A program made the position numbers and the translations under genes. Of a stretch of DNA of 64,000 bases, positions 48,528-60,945 are shown in pieces. A model generated the notes under the pieces. That model ran no database searches, was not told where the DNA came from, and was given only the letters and a program-made list of their open reading frames with translations. Location: the NCBI GenBank assembly GCA_013239625.1, contig MU054212.1:9720898-9784897 (forward strand). The letters are read 5' to 3'. Each line of letters starts with the position of its first letter. Within the stretch, counting starts at the first letter, position 1. Source of the stretch: Lama guanicoe (taxonomy: Eukaryota).

Positions 48528-50339
48528 CCCCATCTCTTTGGGTAGGTGGGTGCAGAGGAATTTTCAACAGGAGCAGGATTGTTTGTTTGAGAGCACTCCA
48601 GGACACCTTAGTGGTCCCATCCTCACAGTCCATCTGCTGACAGGGCAGCAAAGCCTACCAGGGCCATATTTCTGATCACTGGCTTCCTTCCAGCCTCTCT
48701 GAGCCCACCTTGTGGGGAGACATCCAGTTTGCCAGGTTGAATCCATCAGTTTGATCCTCCCCACGGTTCTGGCACTGCATTCACCCCTTTCCTGTCCACC
48801 ATCCTTCACAAAACCATCCCACATCAGTCCAGCCACACGGAGCGCTTCTGTCTCCAAACTGCAGGATTTCCAGTGTGAAGAACCACGGAATGACACCCTT
48901 TGTCACCTCCTTGTATTGTTCTGTCATTATTTGGCAGTGGACAGAGTTGATTTCCACAGCTAGACTGAGAACGTGGCGGGTGGGGACTGCTTCCTCTTTC
49001 TGATTCCCTGAGCTCACCACGTGGCCGGGCACATGTGCAGTTGTGCAGGTTTGGACCCTCTGGTACTCTGGATCAGAGTTGGAATAGACGTGGGACCTCG
49101 GGGATCTGGAGAAGTCTTAAGAGGTTCAGTTGTCGGGCATCTTGCAAAAGGAAAGGTGAGAGTTGACCTGGATCCTCTTACATGCTCCTCTGGGTCTCTT
49201 TTGGGTCCAGGAGCAGGTGGTGCCCTGGAGGAAGTCCCATTGTTTACCACCTGTGCTGGCTGCATGTCCCCATCACTGGACTACCCCCCAGCTCTGGGAT
49301 CCTGAGCTGCACAGCGGCAGTCCCAACAAAGGCAAGAAGTTTGGTGACCCAGGCTGGGGAGACAGGCTTGCTGGGGGAGTACCACTGCTGGGAGAGCAGG
49401 CACCTGCCCAGTTTGGTTCTGGGAAGTTCGGGCCCATCATATGGTGCAGCTGACTCCTGCAGCTTAGGCTGCAAGCAAAATGGGTCCTGGGTAGATGGCA
49501 AGACCCCATGGACTACTGGGGGCAATCCTACCCACAGGGCTTTCTTGGCTCCCCCTTTGCCTCACAGAGTCTCTTGCCATCAGTCCCTTCTGGTTCTTCA
49601 TCCCAGTATGAAACTTGAGTCTCTACACTGTCTTTAATACAGAACCACTGATCAATCATCTACAATTAATCAGGCAACAAGAGGTGAAGACGGGAGGAGG
49701 TGTGGTGGAGGGGAAAGAGTGTGTGGCTTTGGGTAACTCACTCCAGCTCGCTGAGTGTCCACAACCTCCATCCTACACATTACTGTCATTTGTTTGTCCA
49801 TGTGTTCCAGTTTTCATAAGATGCTTACTGGCTGAGTGAGTGAGGCTGTGCTGGGTGCTGTGGATAGGGGGGTGCTGTGGGGCTGGGGGGTGGGTGAGGA
49901 GAGGGAGGAGGGGGGAGGAGACAGACCCTGTCCAGAACTCACGAAGACTGTCTTCTGGGGCTGTTGAGAAGGTTAAATGAGCTAATATTTGATGATCACT
50001 GGGCGCAGTGCCTGGCATACAGCAATACCTCCATAATGTTGGTACCTCGAATGAGTCACATCTGGTTGAAGAGAAAGTGGGACCAGATAGTATCATGGTG
50101 GAGGTAGGGGTAAGGAAATGAATCAGGCTGAGGGGTGCCTGTGGTCCCTGTGTCGGTGGCTGGAGGGGCGACAGGGTGGGTGGGAAGATTGAAAATAGCT
50201 TCGAATTTGAACCCCAGGAATACAGATTCCACACCTTTTAAAATCCCTTTCTTCCTGCCTCCTCATTCATCTCTTCTTTTCCCTGCCTCTCTCTGCCTCC
50301 TCCTCCTCCTCCCTCCTCCTTCCCACAATTAACCCCAGG

Positions 50340-50394
50340 CTGTCGTGATTGCTCTCCGCGCGTTGACGAATGTCTCTCCCCTTCTCCCCCCCCC

Positions 50395-50426
<32 letters not shown>

Positions 50427-50930
50427 TGACTCGGCAAGCCCTAATCCCTGACTCAGCTCCCACTTCTTGTTAAACCAAAGGTAAATTCTCCGCGCCGGCG
50501 GGGCAGCCTGGAGCAGGAGGATCTACACCGCGGAGCAGCCGCGGGAAATATTGATACTAGCCGACCTCTGGCGCCGGCCACCCGCGGTGAAAATAGGACG
50601 CGGGGCCAATCAATTACCGAGCCATTAAGGGCAGGGAGGCGGGAGGGAGCGGAGAAAAGACAGGGCTCCCCCCGCCGGGCATCGCCCCCTGGGGGCGCCG
50701 AGCGGCGTCCCGCACTGCGCTCCCCGCGGCCCCGGCGGTCAATGTCAGTGACCTCACCGGCGGGCGGGGGAGACCCGGTGGGCCGGGCCGGCGCGGGGGC
50801 GCTCGGAGCCTCGCGCGCCCATCCCGCGGCCGGCTGGCGCTCTTTGTCCGCACCCCCGTCCTCTCCCGGGAGCCCCTCGCTCGCTCTCCAGCTCCCACCC
50901 ACCTCCCACCTTTCTCTCGCAGCTGGCCCG
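50340..50930. promoter_or_regulatory. CpG island 2
   Basis: Dense CpG (ccgcgccggcgggg, ggccgggccggcgcgggggcgc), GGCCAATC CCAAT box and a palindromic CTCF-like site at 50683-50697. Confidence 0.88.
50396..50419. repeat. Poly(dT)24 tract at the edge of CpG island 2
   Basis: 24 consecutive T after a C run. Confidence 0.95.
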
Positions 50931-51748
50931 CCCCCTTTTTCTCTTTGTTGTAAACCTCTCCTCTTTCCTAGGTGCCTCTTGCTCCTCGGACTACCCTTCT
51001 GCTGTTTTCCCCTGCCTTTCCCTTCCTCCTGAGCGGCCACAGGGTGGCTCCTGCTTCGCGTTTCCCAGTGTGTTTTGAGCACCGCCGGGGCTGGTCCTGC
51101 CGCAGCCTGGCTGGGACGGCGGCCGTCCCTCTATTCAGGTCTCCTGCCCATTAACATGTCTTCACCAATAGGAAACCACGACAGGCCCTTCTGGTTTGGG
51201 AGTCAGTGACTTCTGGGAACCCAATTCCTTTTTAATTTGTCCCTTCTAACTCAGACAATAGCTCCATGTTAGGAGAGGACCCCCGCAACTGGACGGGGAC
51301 CCCACTGTGCTGGTGACAGAGCCCTCGGCAGCTGGGTTTCTGGAGCGTGTGGAGGGGAGTGGGAGCGATGTTAGGTGCTTGGATGGATGTGTGTTCTGTG
51401 TATCAGTGACCAGGTTTGTGCAGATGGAGGTGAGGGAGCAGACACATTGTGGACTTGAGCCAATACTGAACAATCCCCTTCTTGAGCTGACCATTCTTGT
51501 GGGTGGGGAGAGGGGTGTGCGGGGTTGAGGTGTTGGGTTCATTTGCTGATTGGTTGACCAACCTGGAATATTTCCTGGAACTTCCATAGGTTCTTAGACA
51601 AACCAACAGCATTCATGATGGTTTAAATTGATCAGATACGGTGTCGGAAGGAGTTAAGTGGTACTTTTTCCACTTAAAAAAAAAAGGAGTCTGCATTTTA
51701 CAAAATTTAAAACAGTAATAACACTCCCTTTCACGAATTCCCACGTTC

Positions 51749-51918
51749 ACGGTTCTGAGTGTGGTCCCAGACCCTCAGCGTGGGCATCACCTGGGGATCT
51801 ATTAGAAATGCAAATTCTTGGGCCTGATTGAATCAGACACTCTGGAGAAAGGTCTGGCTTTCAGTGTTTAACAGGGCCTCCAGGACACTCTGAAGAGCAC
51901 CAAATTTGAGTACCACTA
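51749..51918 (+). mobile_element. MER5A hAT-Charlie DNA transposon
   Basis: gtgtggtcccagacc ... gcatcacctggggatctattagaaatgcaaattcttgggcc ... gaatcagacactctgg ... aatttgagtaccact. Confidence 0.9.
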
Positions 51919-53704
51919 ACCTCAGTTATCCTGGCAGCTCTGGGAGGCAGGTGCAGAGGAAATGACCGTATCTTCTTTTTACCTCTGGAGGAACAGCGGC
52001 AGAGAAACATCACAGGGCCAGACCACAGATAGCAGGGTCAGGGCTAGGACTATTCCTGGCCTCAGTGTGAGGCAGCCTTTAAGGGTGTTAGAGGTACATT
52101 TTATTTCAACTCACAAGCACCCCTTCATGGAGGAGAATGGTCCGTCTGGGGAGGTGACTGGCCTTTGCCTGGCCATCAGTCTGCCTATGACCTGTAGGAA
52201 AAGTTGTGGATTTTTGAGGCTCATCTGGCCTCAGCACTTGGGATGTGGGTAACTTGGGGGTGGGTAGCCACTTACATGAAAAGTAGGATGATTCTTTCAG
52301 ACTGATTTTTTCAGTTGGACCATTGAAAGCAGTTGCCGCGGGGCTGTGTCTTTCACACCCACAGCCTGCCTCTGGGTTGTGTCATGTGCCTTTTAAAATA
52401 CAGGCTTTAAGGTTTCCTGCATGACAAATAGTTTCCAAAGCCCAGGGAGAAGGAGGTTCCAGGGCCCCGGGGATCTCAGAGGAGAAGCTTTGGTGTCTAG
52501 TGTGTATAGTTTGAACCCCGTTTCCATCCCTAGTGGGCTGTGTGGGACCTTGGGAGAGTCCTGCAACCTAAATGTCATGAAAGAGCCCAATTTGCAGGGT
52601 GTGGTCACCACCTGGTTCTCTGGAACCAGCTTCTCTGGGCCTCGGTTTCTTCATCTACAAGGTGAGCAGCCTCTCCTGCTGTAACAAACCATAGCTAATG
52701 CTATTAAGGAATGTAAGTCCCAAATAACATAACATCAATTTAGCAGAATCCTCAGCCCACTGCAAAGGTCTTCCCAATGCCCCCTCCCATTTCTCAGGAG
52801 CATGAGCCAAATTGCCCACAAATAAACACAACAAGAAGAAGAAGCAGCAAGCAGCAAGCCCTGTGTTTTGTCGAGCCGGCCAAATGCCAAAAATGACTCC
52901 TGAGCTCCCTGACATCAGCTCATCACCATCGATCCAAACTGCGATTCCCTGGCTACCGAAAGCCTTACCTGCGGAAGCCGTGGATGCGAGTCCTGCACCA
53001 GAGAAGGGTCACCCTCCCCTTGGGGCTGACCCAAGGGGGAGAGGCGCACAAGCCTCCAAAAATCCTTTTTTTTTTACCCTCTCATTACTCAGAAAACAGA
53101 ATTAATTACAATCCTGCATTTTCTGAGAATTTGGATTAATCAAGGTTTATATGTAGTAATTTTTTTTTTCCAGAACAGTACACTAAAGTGATATCCCCAC
53201 AAAGAACACAGTACTTAGTGAAACTGCTGGGATGGGAATGGATTCCCACTGAACTGGAACATCAAACCATGCTCGGAGACAAACCTGATGTTTCACTGGG
53301 TTGCAGCCCGTGGTGAGAAAAGAAACAGACTGTGGGGTGCCTGGGGGAGAGAGAGAACGCAGGCTGGCTTTCCAGGCTCCCGGTCGGTGTGGGATGAAAT
53401 GCTTCCTATTGTCATGTCCAACCGACCACTTCTGTGCATTTTCCTGCCCCTTCCGTGCAAGTTCTGCCTCCTCCAAGGAACCGCCCCAGCCACGGCCCCT
53501 TTGATCACTCTCCTTGACCTTCTTCAAGCCCGTAGACTAAACCGCGCAAATTTGCACTTGGTTTCAGAATGTCCCAAGTTGCTCCTTAAACCTTCTCTGG
53601 GTGTGTTCCACTCACTCCCCAACTGGGTTTGAATTTCCTCTGGGCTCGGAGAATTCATGGGTCCCAGACAGTTTTAACGCACAGCAAGTGCTTGAGAGAT
53701 GCTT

Positions 53705-53850
53705 AAAATCACAGGCAGGCAGAGCTAAAAGGATGCTTATGGATCAGCTAGTCCAGCCTTCAAGTTTCTAGGTGAGGAGACTGAGGCCCAGGCTGCAGAG
53801 TGACTTGTTTAAGACCTTATGGCTAGTTAGTATCAGGGCAGGAACTGAAA
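53705..53850 (-). mobile_element. MIR (MIRc/MIR3-like)
   Basis: gatcagctagtccagcctt ... ggtgaggagactgaggccca ... gtgacttgtttaagacc. Confidence 0.75.
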
Positions 53851-53959
53851 TGAAAATCTTGACAAATATTAAGTATTTTCTGATTATGTACTATGTTAGT
53901 TAGAACGGTGGGAAAAACCAGAATCCAAAAAAAAAAAAAAAGATTTAATGAGAACTTAA

Positions 53960-54515
53960 CTTGATACAATCTCTTTGGAAGGAAATATCAATCAAAATGT
54001 AGAATGCTCAGGAATAATTTCACTTGTGAGAATTCATTGTGCAGGTGGAATCGTACATGTGTGCAATGCATATGCACAAAGGTATCTATTGTGTGTGGTT
54101 TGTAATAAAACGCAAAACTAGGAACAGTCGAAATGCCTCTCCGTGGGGGCCTGGCTATGTGAATTAGTGAGTGTCTGGGTAACAGAATACTACACAGTGA
54201 CTAAATAGAATAAGTGAGTCCTCGTGAGTGTGGGTCTGGAAAGGGCCGCAGTGCTCAGCCAAGGCAGAAATCAGGGTGCACGGCAGCGTGGGACGCCTGT
54301 GTCAATTTCCACAACAGAACGTGTCTGTGTGTCTGTGGGGGTGTATGCGTGTGCCTGTCTGTACTTGACATATTTCTGGAAGAATACACAGGAAACCGCT
54401 CCTTCTGGCAAGTGGGATGGGGTCTCGAGCGGGAGGGAGAATCACACTTCATTGTACACCTCCCCCTGCACTTTTTACCATGTGCATGTGTTATTTTTAT
54501 AATAATAATAATTTA
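53960..54515 (+). mobile_element. Old L1 (L1ME-like) 3' end
   Basis: tacaatctctttggaaggaaat, ggtttgtaataaaacgcaaaactaggaaca, gaatactacacag, tttctggaagaatacacaggaaac, tttttaccatgtgcatgtgttattttt. Confidence 0.75.
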
Positions 54516-54759
54516 GAAACCTCAGCACTGCAGTCTCCTAGTTCAGCGTCTCCCCCCACTGTACCGAGCCACCTCTCTTGATGTTTTTCTGTAAATCAGT
54601 AACTTGGAGTCTAAGTGTCATGATTTCGAGTTGCTAATACACAGCAAACAAGCCATCTGCTGTTAGATCATCCTTTTCTTTTTTAACCCCCAAATTGCCG
54701 CTTTTCTAGGGGACTGAGGCTCGAGGGTGGAACACTGCATGTGGAGGATGTGCCGTGCA

Positions 54760-54872
54760 GGCTTAAGAACCAGGTTCTCAAACCCAGTGTTTACTGGGCA
54801 AGTCCCTCAAGTGCTCTGTGCCTCAGTCTCCTCATTTGTAAAATGGGATAGTAACAGCCCCAGCCTCCTAGG
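54760..54872 (+). mobile_element. MIR fragment
   Basis: tgggcaagtccctcaagtgctctgtgcctcagtctcctcatttgtaaaatgggatagtaacag. Confidence 0.9.
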
Positions 54873-56804
54873 TGAACAGAAACAGAGTTCCCGTCTGTCC
54901 CGTGTTTTCTCCCAGACATTGTTCATGAAGGTGCCCGTGAACCTGAAGACCCCGTCTCTGACCTCGGGGAGTTCAGACCCGGCTGGACACAGCGCAGCAG
55001 CCCCCTGCATGAGGGAGACTCACGGGGCAGCAGGTAAACAGGGGCACATCCAAGGAACCCAGCACAGCCCCAGCGTGGTGCAAACTGGGGAGAGGAACAG
55101 AGGCAGTGGAAAGGAAGAAACAGAAACAGCTCTCCAGCGGGTGAGAGCCCTTGGCCTTGCCTTCTTTGGGACGTGGGAAACCACAAGGTTTCGGACTTGT
55201 TTGGGAAGCAGCTGGCAGATTTACGGACAAGCCAGGGATGACCTATCGAGGGAGAATGTGGTGTGATCCTGGTTGTGGAACAGGAGTCTAGATTCTCCTC
55301 CTGGAGGATCCAGCACCCAGCTATCACCCAGCAGCCGCTGGAGCTTGGGCAGGAATTTGATGTGGCCGAGTGTCTCCACATGAAAAATGCGGGTGCCTGG
55401 GCCTCCCCTCTTGGGATTCTGATTCTGCCAGTGCTGAGTGGGGCCTGGAGGGGGCTGAAACATGCAGCTGGGTTCCGGGGGGCTCCTGGGAACAGTCCTG
55501 TGGGTTTGCCGGGGGTAGGACTGCTCACAGAATGGATGACAGTCAACGCACAGACCCAAACGCTTTCGGTTACATCAGTGTTGACACACTGCTTAACTGT
55601 TGTATTGCCCCTGAAGACGGCGTCCCCCTGCTCCACCCCCAAATCCTGTCCCTCTTGCAAAGAGGACAGTGGAACAGACTCTTTTCCTGAACTTTGGATG
55701 AAGGTGTAATAATAATGACTTATTCATGGTAAGACTAACACTCAGGATCTTCATACAGATAATCTCCAATAATTTGCACCACGACCCTGGAAGATTCTGA
55801 CAATTATTGTGTCTTTTTTATGGTGGGGAGGTGGGAGGTGGGGGGTGGAAGCAGGGAGAGGTTAAAGAACTTGCCTAAGGTCCCTGGAGGGCTGCCCTGC
55901 TGAGTGCCACTGTTCCAAATAGATGTCCCCATGTTGGATGGGCCTGGCTCTCACCCCGCTACTGTCCCCGGCTGTGGGCTACTCCAGGCGAGGGCCCAAG
56001 TGTCTGTGGCCCCAGAGGAGATGAAACCCCATCCCTGCCTGCACAGGAAGTGCTTGGAGAATGGAGACGGGCTGGCAGGGGCGGGGGAGTGACCACCGTC
56101 ATTGTTTCCCACTCTCCCCGGATTCCCACTCCCAGATGGACGGATCACGGATCAGGATCACGTTTGCTCCCTGGGGCAGCTGACTCTTTGTTTCGCATCC
56201 TTTGTTCCCCTTCCTCCTCCTGCTGGTGACGTGGTCACCTTCCCAGGAGATAATGCCCGCGTGGCTCTGTCCTGACAAGCCCTTTCGGCCCTATCTCTAA
56301 TCTTCTCTGGGTTTAGGATTAATAGACTTTTTCCTCGTTTGGGATCAATAAGTACAGAGAGAGAGAGAGAAAAAAAAAAAGAAGGAAAAAAGTCAGCAGG
56401 ATTGAAAAAAAAGGCTGATAAGAATCTGGTCCAGGACCTAGAACCCTGATGTTGCCAGGGTACATTTCAGCTGGGAGGGGGTGCAGGCAGGGGTAGGGGG
56501 TAAGGTGGGAGAATGGGAATGGGATGCAGTCACAGGCTTGTGACTGAGGCCCCGGGACCCTCAGCCCCAGGCCAGGGTGGGTTCCAGCCTGAATCTTGGC
56601 CCGGGAAGGCTCTCTTAGTCCTGGGCTGCCTGTCTTGACATCCTCCCATGTTCCAGAAGACCATTCTCTCCCAGCAGCTGGTCCCTACTGTTCAGGAGCC
56701 GGGCCTCCCAACTGCCGTCTTCTTGGCCCCCAAGATCCCTCGAGGGTGTGGACCGTTTAGCTGAGCTTGGCAACCTGGAGTCTCAGAACCCAGGCCCTTT
56801 CTCT

Positions 56805-57045
56805 GTATTTCACTAAGCCTAATGGAAATTGCACATGCCCCCTTGTTGAGTCTGCACAGGGGAAACAAAAATAGCACCTCGCTGCTTTTAGCAAGAATTA
56901 TATCCACTCCGTGTGGCTAACACCGGTTGCTGCATGCCGACCTGCAGCTCTGATTAGCCTTTGATTAATAAAAAATGGGGATGGGAATCAATTATTTATT
57001 TAATAACAGCAGTTTGTTTTAAAGGCAAAAACCTTTAAGAAAGAG
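56805..57045. promoter_or_regulatory. AT-rich homeodomain-motif block, candidate enhancer
   Basis: tgattagcctttgattaataaaaa and aatcaattatttatttaataac, including a CTTTGAT TCF core. Confidence 0.4.
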
Positions 57046-58139
57046 GAGGACTGGGGGGAGGGGAGGGGGAGGGTGTGGTGGGAGGGAACCGAGGCCTTTG
57101 CTGGGAGAGGTTTGGCAGTGGGGCTTTTCCATCATGGAGCTGGTGTTGTCCCTGTGCCCAGGCTGGTGGGCCAATTCTCTCAGCCTTTCAGGATGTAGGA
57201 TGCAGCCCTGAGTGAGGGGAGCCAGGCCCCAGCATCCTGGGACCCAGTACAGCTGGAGTCACCGACTGCAGAGAAGCAGGGGTTCTGGAGGGCAGGGCAC
57301 TGGTCAACGCTGGTCACTGTGGGGTGATGAGTGACCAGCACAGCCCCCTCAGGGTCTCTCTGTTCCCTCTGGCCTTGACTACTGGTGTGCCAGCCCCTGG
57401 GAATCTCCTTAAGCAGGTGCCTGAGCATGTGGTCCCTGCCTGTCAATGAGGACCCACATTCCTCGACTTGGCGTCTAGTCCTGGACCTCTTAATGCCAGC
57501 TCCCTGCTGCCCTGTCCGCTCGGGGGCCCGTGGCCTAGCCTGGCCAGGCCCCGTTCCTCTTCCCCGGTGCTCAGCCCACTTTCTCCTTGTGGAGGGCACT
57601 CCTGCTGATCTCTGCATTTCACAATCCTATCCACTCATCAAGGCCACGATCGAAGGACACCCCGTGCGGCAGCTCCCCAAGTCATCCATCAGGAGATGGC
57701 CTTTCTTCTTCTGAATGTTCCCGGCACTTTGAATGTGTGTTCCTGTGGCATTTTGGGAAAATGTGGCTTTGTACTCGATTTCTTTGTAGGTATTTTGAGG
57801 GCAGGGACCGAATCTCAGTCACCTTTGTAACCCCTGCCCAGGGTGTGTGGAATAATGAATGGAGGGATGGAGACTATCTTTGGGGGAGTCTGTACCCCAT
57901 TTACATCTGAAACAGCTTTCAGATGAAGAAGCAGACCTTTAAGGGAAATGATAACAGCCTCTTTGAGGGACACAGAGGAAATACGCACTTTTGCACCTGA
58001 GATAAGCAGATTGGAGCACGTGGTCAGGATTTTACCTTTTAATTTTCTGGGAGATAAGGCATGGAAAAAAAAAAGTTCAAGTGGCACGGTATTAATTTCC
58101 TGACAAAAATGGACCTAGCCTTTTGTCTGTGGCAGTAAC

Positions 58140-58280
58140 TGCCCTTCTCCCTCAACAGTGATATTCAGACTCAGTTTTCTCATCTGTCCATTGGGATGAT
58201 AACTCCCATTCCACCCGCTCACGAGGCAGGTACAAACCGTACATGAGAGAAAAGAGAAGAGAGACCTTTGCAGAGGGGAT
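58140..58280 (+). mobile_element. MIR fragment
   Basis: gactcagttttctcatctgtccattgggatgataactcccatt. Confidence 0.65.
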
Positions 58281-59866
58281 GTACTCTATGTGCGGGTGTG
58301 TGCTGTCTATTTAGGTAATTATTGATTATTTAATGTTATCTGGAAAGAGGGACGCTGCACAGTTATTCAGGCGCCAGAGTCCTTCCTGCCTCCATTGTCT
58401 GGATATCTCTCATGGAAGTTGAGTTTCCCAGAATGATCTGGGTTGTTGCCAACATTTTTCCCAGAGTTTACTGGTGTGGGCAGCTGTAAACCTTCCAGCG
58501 TGGAGCCTTCCAGCAAGCTGGCTCGGCCACCCCAGATACCACGCCCTCAGCTTCCACCGGGACTCGTGGTGCAGGCTGGAGACAGAACTACACATTTGCT
58601 TATGCACAAATGTCTCCTTCACACTGGTGGAGTGCTTTGAGTTGTCCAAAATGTCTGTTTTCACGGACATTATCCCATGGGCTCACCCCCAGTTCCTTGT
58701 ATGAAGGAAGGGAGGGGCCAGATTTGCTGAGCCACACAGAGCCTGTGAGACGTTCTTCTGTGTCCAGCGTGGCAGGTGAGAAGTTTGGGAGTGTGGGTTT
58801 CTATTGTGGAGCTGACATTCCTGCTCCTGCCTCCCAGCACCCCCAGCCCCCCCCAGCCACTGCTCCCTACAGTGATGACCTGAGTGAGGGGTTTCTGATT
58901 CTGAGAATTCAGGGGGTGGCTTCAAGAAACAAGGCCGTGTGGGACTCCGAAGCTCATAAACCAGAAGAGTTAAAGGGTGACAGTCACATGGCAGAGGGTT
59001 CTTTCATTTCTAAAAGGATGCCTTATAAGGCTCTTCTGATGAGCAAATACAGTAATTTCAAATGGGGTTCATTGTAAAAAAAAAAAGAAGAGGAAGAAGA
59101 AAAAGAAGATGACAAAGAAGAAAATAAAAATTTGCATTCACTGTTTCAGGAGAAGTTCTTAGGAGAAGCGAGGCCCACCTGTTTCTTCTCATCAAAGCGC
59201 CTGCAAGTCCCTCTCCTGGAGAAAGTGGGGAGCTGCAGAGACGCGGAGAGATTTGGGGGACAGGCATAGAAGTGTTGCCGTGATCAAACCTGTCCTCTTC
59301 TGACATAGGAGGAGACCTGTCATCGCCCTGTCGGTGACAGTGACGGTGACGGGGCGAAGGGGCGGTCCTGGAGGCTGGGGCTGGGATTGGTCAGTTCCCC
59401 ACTGTGAGCTGCCTGTCGATGGGGCATTTGGTGGAGTTTTTCGCAAGACAGATCTGCCTGGCCACCGGGTCCTGTTGGATTCCTCCTCTCTCGGTTGTTA
59501 CCGACGGGCTCCCGGCTTTGGCAATATTTGCCTTATGGCATCAGCGCAGCGTTTCCCGTATTCACATAGTTAAATTAGTTAGCTGGATAGAAACCTCAGA
59601 GATGATGTATCTAGTTGTCAGTCGTGACTTGGTGCTAATGGCACTACAATTTGGTTACAGCCCTCGCTGTCATTAATCTTCTGCCCCCAGCCGGCTGCAT
59701 ACGGGGTGCTGGGAACGGGGCAGGGGGGAGGGGCTGGCTTGGGCAGGGAGGTGCCAGCGCCCAGGCTGGGCCTCCTGCTCTCCCTCCAGGCGGTGCTCAG
59801 ACCCAGGCGCTGCCGCCAGGCAGGCCACCTCCCTCGGTTCCCACCGCCACCACCGCCACCAGCGCC

Positions 59867-59920
59867 GTGCACCTCTGTTTATTAGCATAGTGCTACTTAT
59901 GCTAATAGCAGACCGTACAC
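59867..59920. other. Imperfect inverted repeat/hairpin with two inverted TATGCTAAT POU-type sites
   Basis: TATTAGCATA (59880-59889), 8-nt spacer, TATGCTAATA (59898-59907); outer arms TCTG/CAGA and GTGCAC/GTACAC. Confidence 0.8.
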
Positions 59921-60896
59921 TATTTCTGAGCATTAACATCTGCTCCAAGCAGCCGACTTTCACTTACAGAAACTGATTTCAGCTCAGTCAAGCAGATAAA
60001 CAGAGAAATCAAAGCAGGTGGCTGAAAGTGAAGGAGGAATTCTCAATTCCTGCATTCAACCGATGAACTTCACTAAAGCCATAATTAATATTCAGATAAC
60101 TATATTCCGACACATAGAATAAACAAGATCATTTAAAGGATGCAAAATACATCCCCAGGGCCAGAGGGGAAGGAGAGGGAGGGGAAGAGAGGGAACGGAA
60201 GGCAGAGGACTGAATACGAATGCAGACACTCCCCGAGCTGGCCTATTGTCTGCACGGTTTCAGCCTCAGAGGAGTGGAGACACGCCTCACGGAGCCCACA
60301 AGCCTGGTGTTTGCAGAGCCCCCTCTGCAGCTGCCGGGGCCCCAGCCACTGGCAACACTGTATAGGAAAAAGGGAACAGAGGTGCAGCATCCTGGAGCAG
60401 GCCTGGCGGAAGCTGCCCTCTGCACTGAGGACAGCCAGCCCGGGGCCCGGCTGCTATAGCCGCCTCCCTGCACCCAGGCTTCTCCTGTTGGAATATCCTG
60501 CTGGCATCTTTCCTGCTCACGAGTGGCAATTCTAGAATTAAAAATAACATCTCTGTATGACTTGGATCAGGCTGAATCCAATTCTTTATACTGAGAGCTC
60601 CAGGAGAATATACACCTTGTTGAGTTCATTTCAGCCTTTCGGTTGTTTCTCCTAGTCTATCATTTCAGAAATAAGACTAACGCCACCACCCAGGACAAAT
60701 TCTGAAGGCAAGTATCCCTGTTCTCTGAAGACCAGTGGCCCCACGGCTCTGAGATACAGACACTGCCAACCAGTAGACGGCCCCACGTGACTCGAGAACG
60801 CACATGGCAGGATCCCAGACCCGATTCACTTTATCGTGTTAGCGTAGAACGAGAGTGAGAACAACAGAAGTGAATGGAACCTGTCAGCTGATATGG

Positions 60897-60945
60897 TGTG
60901 TGTGTGTGTGCGCACTCCTGTGTGTGTGTGCATGTGCGTGTATGC
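60897..60945. repeat. Interrupted (TG)n / alternating purine-pyrimidine tract
   Basis: tgtgtgtgtgtgtgcgcac tcc tgtgtgtgtgtgcatgtgcgtgtatgc. Confidence 0.85.

Noticed and set aside
50453..51082. 209-aa ORF over CpG island 2
   Set aside because: Same GC artefact as island 1, with low-complexity translation.
54066..54077. MORE-like ATGCATATGCAC
   Set aside because: It lies within a decayed L1 fragment in alternating purine-pyrimidine sequence and is probably chance.
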